A stretch of 32,000 nucleotides of DNA from Candidatus Auribacterota bacterium. GTDB lineage: Bacteria; Auribacterota; UBA6266. The DNA lies in NCBI GenBank assembly GCA_023136205.1, contig JAGLRQ010000079.1, positions 1 through 32,000 of the forward strand, written 5' to 3'. Made by a program: the position numbers and the translations under genes. The notes below the pieces were generated by a model. It was given only the letters and a program-made list of their open reading frames with translations, had not been told where the DNA came from and ran no database searches. Shown piece after piece: positions 24,723-32,000 of the stretch (its first letter is position 1; each line of letters begins with the position of its first letter).

Positions 24723-26197
24723 TAGCCTTTAATAGCTCCAAGCTGAATGCCTTCGACAAAAAACCTCTGGTTGAACACAAAAACAATTATGACAGGCGCA
24801 AGAACAATCAAGGAAGCTGCCATAAGAAGTGTCCAATTTGTACTATAAACTCCTTGAAATGAATTAAGCAGGACAGGAAGTGTTTTCATCTGGTCGTTAG
24901 AGGTCACTATAAGAGGCCACATAAAATCTCTCCAGACTCCCATAAAAGTAAATGTAACAAGTGTCGCGAGCGCGGGCTTGGAAAGGGGAAGTATTATTCT
25001 GGTATAGATTCCAAAAAGGCTGCACCCGTCTATCTTTGCGGCATCTTCAAGATCCACGGGGATACTCATGAAAAACTGCCTTAACATAAAGGTCCCATAC
25101 GCGTTAAACATTCCAGGGACAATAAGGGCAAAATATGAATCCAACCCTATGGGGCGGCCGATATAATGCCCGAATACTTCAAATTCGCTTTTCCAGAATT
25201 CTATTGTTACGACTGATTCGGCAGAACCTCCAAAAAGCCGGGAGAACAATGTCGCGGCTACTGAGGTAACATGGTTTAAAATATCGGGAGCCAGCCTCAA
25301 GATGACAAAAACAGGAATCATTAGAACCGCGTACGGTATCATCATTGTTCCCAGGTACATGATAAAAATCTTATCCCTGCCGGGAAAATGTAACCGGGCA
25401 AAAGCATACGCGGCCATCGAGCTTGTAAACGCCTGGCCAAACATAACACAAACCGCGATGATAATGCTGTTCATGTATGCTCTTCCAAAAGGAAAAGCTT
25501 TCCACGCTTTAGAATAATTATCCCAGAGGAAAGCCGGTTTCCATTTCCGGATTATCCCGGAAGCAGCTATCCAACACCTTTCATCCAATAACGGACCTTC
25601 AGCATCTATTATCTTTATGAAAACTTTTTCCTGCATTATTTCACAAGCTATCTTTACATTTAGGTCTTCATCAAGCCTTTCCCCTCTTGCCATAAGCCCC
25701 AGGCCTACGTTTATCTCGGCGAGATAAACACATGGTTTCTTTACCCAGGGAAGGAACCAGCTAGGCACATAACGTGCCAGAAAAGATTTCCCTATCTCTA
25801 TTTCCTTGCCGGCATGTTCCCCTCTAAGTATTTTTATTCTAACTTCTTCTTTTATAATTTTGACTTTTAGTTTCTCGTCACTTTCTTCGCGGGTTCCCGG
25901 AAGAAGGTTTTCAATTCCCTCAATCCCCTCTGAAAACCCTTTAACGGTACGATAACTCAGGATAGATTTTACCAAATCCTTATTAAGGGTAGTGTAGTAT
26001 GTAGTTTCCGATGGGATCCACGTGGGAGGAAAAGCAAAAACCTCTCCTTCACTTTTTAATGATGTGGCAACCATCCAGAGAAAAGGAAGCAACATCGATA
26101 TGCCAATAATAGAAAGCATAATATAGTAAAAAGATTTTTTGAAAAATCCCATTTGGCTAAGCGCTCTTGTCATTTTTGGTTTTTTTCCCCGTGCCAT
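24722..26197 (-). CDS. Carbohydrate ABC transporter permease (MalG-type) with a large insert after TM1
   Basis: EAA loop DAAKIDGCSLFGIYTRIILPLSKPAL. About 200 extra residues lie between the first and second TM helices. Confidence 0.8.
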   Translation of the reverse strand: MARGKKPKMTRALSQMGFFKKSFYYIMLSIIGISMLLPFLWMVATSLKSEGEVFAFPPTWIPSETTYYTTLNKDLVKSILSYRTVKGFSEGIEGIENLLPGTREESDEKLKVKIIKEEVRIKILRGEHAGKEIEIGKSFLARYVPSWFLPWVKKPCVYLAEINVGLGLMARGERLDEDLNVKIACEIMQEKVFIKIIDAEGPLLDERCWIAASGIIRKWKPAFLWDNYSKAWKAFPFGRAYMNSIIIAVCVMFGQAFTSSMAAYAFARLHFPGRDKIFIMYLGTMMIPYAVLMIPVFVILRLAPDILNHVTSVAATLFSRLFGGSAESVVTIEFWKSEFEVFGHYIGRPIGLDSYFALIVPGMFNAYGTFMLRQFFMSIPVDLEDAAKIDGCSLFGIYTRIILPLSKPALATLVTFTFMGVWRDFMWPLIVTSNDQMKTLPVLLNSFQGVYSTNWTLLMAASLIVLAPVIIVFVFNQRFFVEGIQLGAIKG

Positions 26198-27577
26198 TAG
26201 TAATGAACCACCTTCCCGCCAAACTTCCAGTTAAAAAGCGTTACAACAAAAACAAGGGCAAAAAGTACCCATGCGATAGATGCCGCAAAACCCATTTTAG
26301 ACCAGCGATAAGCATTGTTAAATATGTAATAACTTAAGGTTGTTGTCGAACCGGCAGGGCCTCCGCCCGTCATTATATATGCCGCGTCAAAACCACCCTG
26401 GAACCCGCCGATAACACTCATTATAAATATGAAAAATGTAGTGGGAGAAAGCATAGGCCAGGTAACAGCCCAAAATTTCTGCCAGCCGCTCGCCCCGTCT
26501 ATATCTGCCGCTTCATAAATATCAAGGGGAATACCCTGCAGCCCGGCAAGATACAGAATCATGTTATAGCCTCCAACACCTGTCCATATCCCCATCAGCA
26601 TCAGGGAGGGCTTTGCCAAGGCTGTATCAGTAAGCCATTCCACCTGGGGTATCCCAATATAACCAAGCAGTGTATTTAAAAGCCCCAGATCGGTGTTATA
26701 AATCCATCTCCACAATACATAAAGAGCTACTCCCGTACAAATAGACGGCAGAAAATATATTGTTCTGAAGAAAACTATCCCGCGCAGTTTCTTGTTCATT
26801 AAAACGGCAAGCCCGAGAGAAGCAAACATGCTTATGGGAATACCCAGCATTAAAAACAGGGTATTGCCCAGATACTGCCAAAAATAAGCATCGTTAGCCT
26901 GCCATATATCATTGGAAAAACTCCATACGGGCAAAACCGTCACAGCTATAATCAGGGCAGGCAAAAACGAAAGGATAACATTTGATACCTTTTCAAACCT
27001 GAGGTCACGGTCTCTGAAAAAAGCGGCAAGAAGGGAAATAAACATTCCAAAAAACAATAATATTATCGAAAACATTATTAGCATGCCTGCTTCTTTTACG
27101 GCCGCCTGCGGCAGCAGATACAGGTTAGATCCTGCCTGGGAAATAGATTTCATCATCAAACCCCACTCAATAAAAAAATAGGCCGATATAAGAATCACAA
27201 CCAGAGGAACCGCGTTAAAAACCGCCCTAAGAAAATTTTTTTTCTTTTTCGCGCGCGCGAAGAAAATCTGCTGTAAAAAGAATCTAAAAACAAGCGACAA
27301 AGAGACAACAAACATGAGCAGGCAGAAAATATAATTACCTGTAAACGCGTGAGAAAACATTAATCCCGCGCTGCCAATCTCTTTTAAATGACACAGGAGC
27401 AGCTTCCGGAAGTTCTCAAACATCACAAATTTTATCGGGGTAACAAGATCCCATTTAACAAAACCCAGATAGAAGGAAAAGAGAACGGGAAAAAACGTAA
27501 AACAAAAAAACCCCACAAAGTTAGGAAGGATAAACAGGTATCCGGCTATTGCTTCTCTTAACTTGTTCTTTGTTATT

Positions 27578-27585
<8 letters not shown>
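26197..27585 (-). CDS. Carbohydrate ABC transporter permease (MalF-type)
   Basis: EAA loop EAADIDGASGWQKFWAVTWPMLSP; AGYLFILPNFVGFF N-terminus. Confidence 0.8.
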
Positions 27586-29235
<1,650 letters not shown>

Positions 29236-29396
29236 TCAATTTTAACCAGGCAGATTTAGTTCTTTTTTTCGAAACTTCCGGCCTCTGGATTAAAAATACA
29301 GTGTGGTAATTCTATTTTTATCGTCGCAATTTGTCAATACATTTTACCTGTTATGTCAACTACATTTCCCCACAGGGGACAGGGTCCCCAAAAAAA

Positions 29397-30581
29397 CTAA
29401 AGCCAAACTATCAATATCGCGGCCAGAGCGAAAAACAAAATTGCCGTAAAAACTTTTATTGTGCCGGCGTTCTTCTTCATTAGTTGAGCAAATATCTGAG
29501 AAGAGGTTCCTTTAAGAGCAAAAATAAAAACAGCGATAAGGGGAAGAATAAACATAATATTGTAAAGCGCCAGATAAAAAAGAGCGCGCGGCCGAAATTC
29601 TGAGATACGGCGCAACACGAATATAACCGGCAAATAAACCTGGCCTGTACAGGGAAACTCCAAAAGAGCAATTAAAAAACCCAAACATAAAGAACCTAAA
29701 ATGAAATGTTTCGTTTTTGACTCTTTCCTGATTGCCGAATGAATTTTGTTTTTTAAACTTTGAGGCAGTTGAAGCGCGATGGCTTCTATTTTTCCCTCTT
29801 TGATCTTATAATAATCATACAGGCTCAAGATACCGAGAACAACAGCCATACAGGCAATCAACAGGGAAACCACGCGGCCAAGAAGAGGAAAAACAGCCAT
29901 CTTCACTGTAAACTCAAACAACCCCAAACCAATTAAAAAGTAAGTTATAAAAACCGCGCAAGTAAAAGCTCCCCCGATAAAAATTATTTCTCTGCCCTTG
30001 CGGCCGATAAAAACCAAATAGGAAATCAGAAATATTATAGTGGTAAAGGCGCAGGGATTAAGCCCGTCTAACAACCCTCCGCTGATTATAGCGAATACTC
30101 CTAAACTCTTGAACCTTTCCAGTGCCGGGTTATCAACCTGCTTTATCCCGCGTTCCCCCGCGGCGGGCCAATCGCAGCCCCCCTTTGAAACATAATATTT
30201 AATAAGCCGCTCAAGGCCGTCTTTAATCTCCTCATCTCCGTCAAGCACGTGGTTTTCAACAAATAGAGCGGGGAGCGGATTTTTTAAAGGGTGAAAATTT
30301 TTTTCCAATTCAAGCAGGAGTTTGTAATTTTCCGGTTCATTTACCTCAAAGTATTTTACATCCAGGCAAAAACCGTATTTTTTATTCAAATCGGGAATAT
30401 AGCTATTTTTTATCCGCAGACATTCCTCACAACCGCTTGAGTAAAAATAATACATCCGCACGCAAGGCCCTTTAGAGGCATATATTTCATAAGAGAAAAG
30501 AAACGGGCAGAAAACCAATAAAAAAAGGAAGCCATACGCGGTAAACGGGAGAAAAAAAATCGGTTTTTTAGCGCTAATCAT
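29397..30581 (-). CDS. DsbD/CcdA-like thiol-disulfide transporter with N-terminal thioredoxin-like CxxC domain
   Basis: CEEC in the N-terminal domain. LDGLNPCAF and EFPCTGQVY motifs in a multi-TM core. Confidence 0.6.
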   Translation of the reverse strand: MISAKKPIFFLPFTAYGFLFLLVFCPFLFSYEIYASKGPCVRMYYFYSSGCEECLRIKNSYIPDLNKKYGFCLDVKYFEVNEPENYKLLLELEKNFHPLKNPLPALFVENHVLDGDEEIKDGLERLIKYYVSKGGCDWPAAGERGIKQVDNPALERFKSLGVFAIISGGLLDGLNPCAFTTIIFLISYLVFIGRKGREIIFIGGAFTCAVFITYFLIGLGLFEFTVKMAVFPLLGRVVSLLIACMAVVLGILSLYDYYKIKEGKIEAIALQLPQSLKNKIHSAIRKESKTKHFILGSLCLGFLIALLEFPCTGQVYLPVIFVLRRISEFRPRALFYLALYNIMFILPLIAVFIFALKGTSSQIFAQLMKKNAGTIKVFTAILFFALAAILIVWL

Positions 30582-30591
30582 TATTTTTTCC

Positions 30592-31269
30592 CTACCGAAT
30601 AGGAATATCTATTTTAAGAGATATGTATTCTTTCCCTGATTTGGCTTCAGGCTTTAAATTTACGCTAACCGTAGTTATTCCACGGGGCTTGATATCCACC
30701 GAAGTAACCGAAGCTTCCGCGAGCCCGGGTGAAGTATCAATTGAAGGAATTTTCAATATGCCGCCGCCCTTGTTCTCTATGGCGAACTTGAAAGCCTCGG
30801 GTTTCCGCGCTGAAAGCGAAGTCAGATTCCAAACAGCCGGCTCAATGGAAACGATTATCCTGGGCACAGTCACCGCCGTTCCTGTAATGGTAATCTTATG
30901 AGGCGCGTCAGAGTCGTTGGATTCTATATAAATATATTTCTTGAAACTACTTTTGTAGCCTTTGGAATCAAAAGTTATTTTAAGCTCCGTGCTTTTGCCC
31001 GGCAAAACTCTTCTTCCCTTGTTTAATTCAAAAACAGCAATGCAGCCGCAGGAAGGACGCACTTTATTAATGAACAACTCGGCATCTCCCGTGTTGGCAA
31101 GGATAAATGTATGATCCGCCTTTTCACCTCGATCTATCGTTCCAATATCCCACAATTCCTGAGATATGCTAAGACAAGGCAGCCGTCCACCGGAAGATTT
31201 CCGTTCCGCCGCGGCCGCAAAACAAGCACCGAATAAAATAACCGCGCATATTAATATTCGTTTTTTCAT
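30592..31269 (-). CDS. DUF1573-domain secreted protein
   Basis: Signal peptide; FILANTGDAELFINKVRPSCGCIAV matches the DUF1573 N.G...L.I..v..SCGC signature. Confidence 0.6.
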   Translation of the reverse strand: MKKRILICAVILFGACFAAAAERKSSGGRLPCLSISQELWDIGTIDRGEKADHTFILANTGDAELFINKVRPSCGCIAVFELNKGRRVLPGKSTELKITFDSKGYKSSFKKYIYIESNDSDAPHKITITGTAVTVPRIIVSIEPAVWNLTSLSARKPEAFKFAIENKGGGILKIPSIDTSPGLAEASVTSVDIKPRGITTVSVNLKPEAKSGKEYISLKIDIPIR

Positions 31270-31302
31270 TTATCCTTTTTACTCTTTTTTGTCTAATGGA
31301 TT

Positions 31303-31764
31303 TTACGGCTGTACAGCCGTAATCTCAGACATCATCTTGTAAAATTCCGGCATGTGTTCTTGCATACGCTTTGCCGCGATTTCCATAACCTTGGCAGACA
31401 CCTCAGGCATTTTATCAATTAATTTTTGGCCGACCGGAGTCTTGTAAAAGGATATTAATTCCCGTATTTCCTCCTCATTAAAAGTTTTCATGAAAATCTC
31501 AGTCATATCCGGCTTTTGGCTCTCCCAGCCCAGATATTTGAAATAGAACTGCCTTGCGGCGTCCATAGCACCGGGATTCTGGGGATTTGCTTCCACCTGC
31601 GCCTGAAGCATCTGATCAAGAGAATCCGAAATTCCCTCTTCAGTTTTCATAACAACAAATAATTCCTCGACTGCTTTCTTATGGGATTGCTCATCAGCCC
31701 AGCCAGGCTGAAAAAAAGTAACCAAAACCGCGAAACTAACCGCTGCCAACAACTGTTTCCTCAT
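31303..31764 (-). CDS. DUF2059-like periplasmic protein
   Basis: Signal peptide, helical body and FYKTPVGQKLIDKMPEV block. AAGGAG lies 6 nt before the ATG at 31764. Confidence 0.5.
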   Translation of the reverse strand: MRKQLLAAVSFAVLVTFFQPGWADEQSHKKAVEELFVVMKTEEGISDSLDQMLQAQVEANPQNPGAMDAARQFYFKYLGWESQKPDMTEIFMKTFNEEEIRELISFYKTPVGQKLIDKMPEVSAKVMEIAAKRMQEHMPEFYKMMSEITAVQP

Positions 31765-31804
31765 CTGCAACTCCTTTCGTCGCGTTAATTGTGACATTTT
31801 CTAA

Positions 31805-31999
31805 CTAAAACCTGTTTCTTATATATTGAAGCCATTTATCTTCAAGGCCGCCTAAATCTTTAAAATGGTATACGGATTTCAAAGCTTCATCAAGTTTTCT
31901 ACCGTCTCTTAATAATCTGCATAATTTAGTAAATCTGTTTAGGGTATATCTTTTAATCAAAAATTCGACAAGGCTCGTGGCTTCAGAATAGAATAAACC
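31805..31999 (-). CDS. 3' end of a gene truncated by the window edge (unknown product)
   Basis: Open minus-strand frame ...SEATSLVEFLIKRYTLNRFTKLCRLLRDGRKLDEALKSVYHFKDLGGLEDKWLQYIRNRF, ending at TAG (31805-31807). Confidence 0.4.
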   Translation of the reverse strand, partial: GLFYSEATSLVEFLIKRYTLNRFTKLCRLLRDGRKLDEALKSVYHFKDLGGLEDKWLQYIRNRF

Positions 32000-32000
32000 C

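Noticed and set aside
29375-29389. Hairpin GGGGAC-AGG-GTCCCC next to an A7/T7 run, as a possible terminator between the DsbD-like gene and eno
   Set aside because: On the transcribed (minus) strand the T-run precedes the stem rather than following it, so it does not fit an intrinsic terminator. It may still be structural.

Overview
Low-GC bacterial chromosomal segment in three parts. (1) Left flank, 1-1507: a VanZ-like membrane protein, a PilZ-domain protein and tRNA-Ser(UGA). (2) An accessory island of about 17.2 kb (about 1501-18693) inserted at the 3' end of the tRNA. It is bounded by a 25/28-nt direct repeat and carries a large serine recombinase (LSR) directly against the tRNA. Its cargo is mostly conflict or defence-type genes: an XRE regulator plus a frameshifted P-loop NTPase; a PLD-like gene broken by a higher-GC IS element; a cluster of membrane protein, ImmA/IrrE peptidase and Beta/sce7725-like protein facing a sce7726/MmcB-like nuclease; a class-3 lipase; a Lys-rich beta-repeat protein; a membrane protein plus LTD-like pair; and a kinase-cytidine deaminase (dCTP-deaminase-like) cassette flanked by about 225-bp direct repeats, each encoding a roughly 70-aa paralog. 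(3) Right flank, core genes: recQ, an AsmA/TamB-like protein, a PEP-CTERM protein, a TerB-like protein, a tightly coupled eno-ftsB-two sugar-ABC permeases-DUF624 operon, a DsbD/CcdA-like protein, DUF1573, DUF2059 and a partial ORF. The most unusual observation is that the LSR ORF ends inside the tRNA. Joining the two island ends as excision would do makes it continue in frame into a 65-codon HTH ORF at the far end of the island, so integration appears to split the recombinase gene. The rebuilt attP has perfect 17-bp inverted arms. All family assignments come from motif reading by eye; no searches were run.
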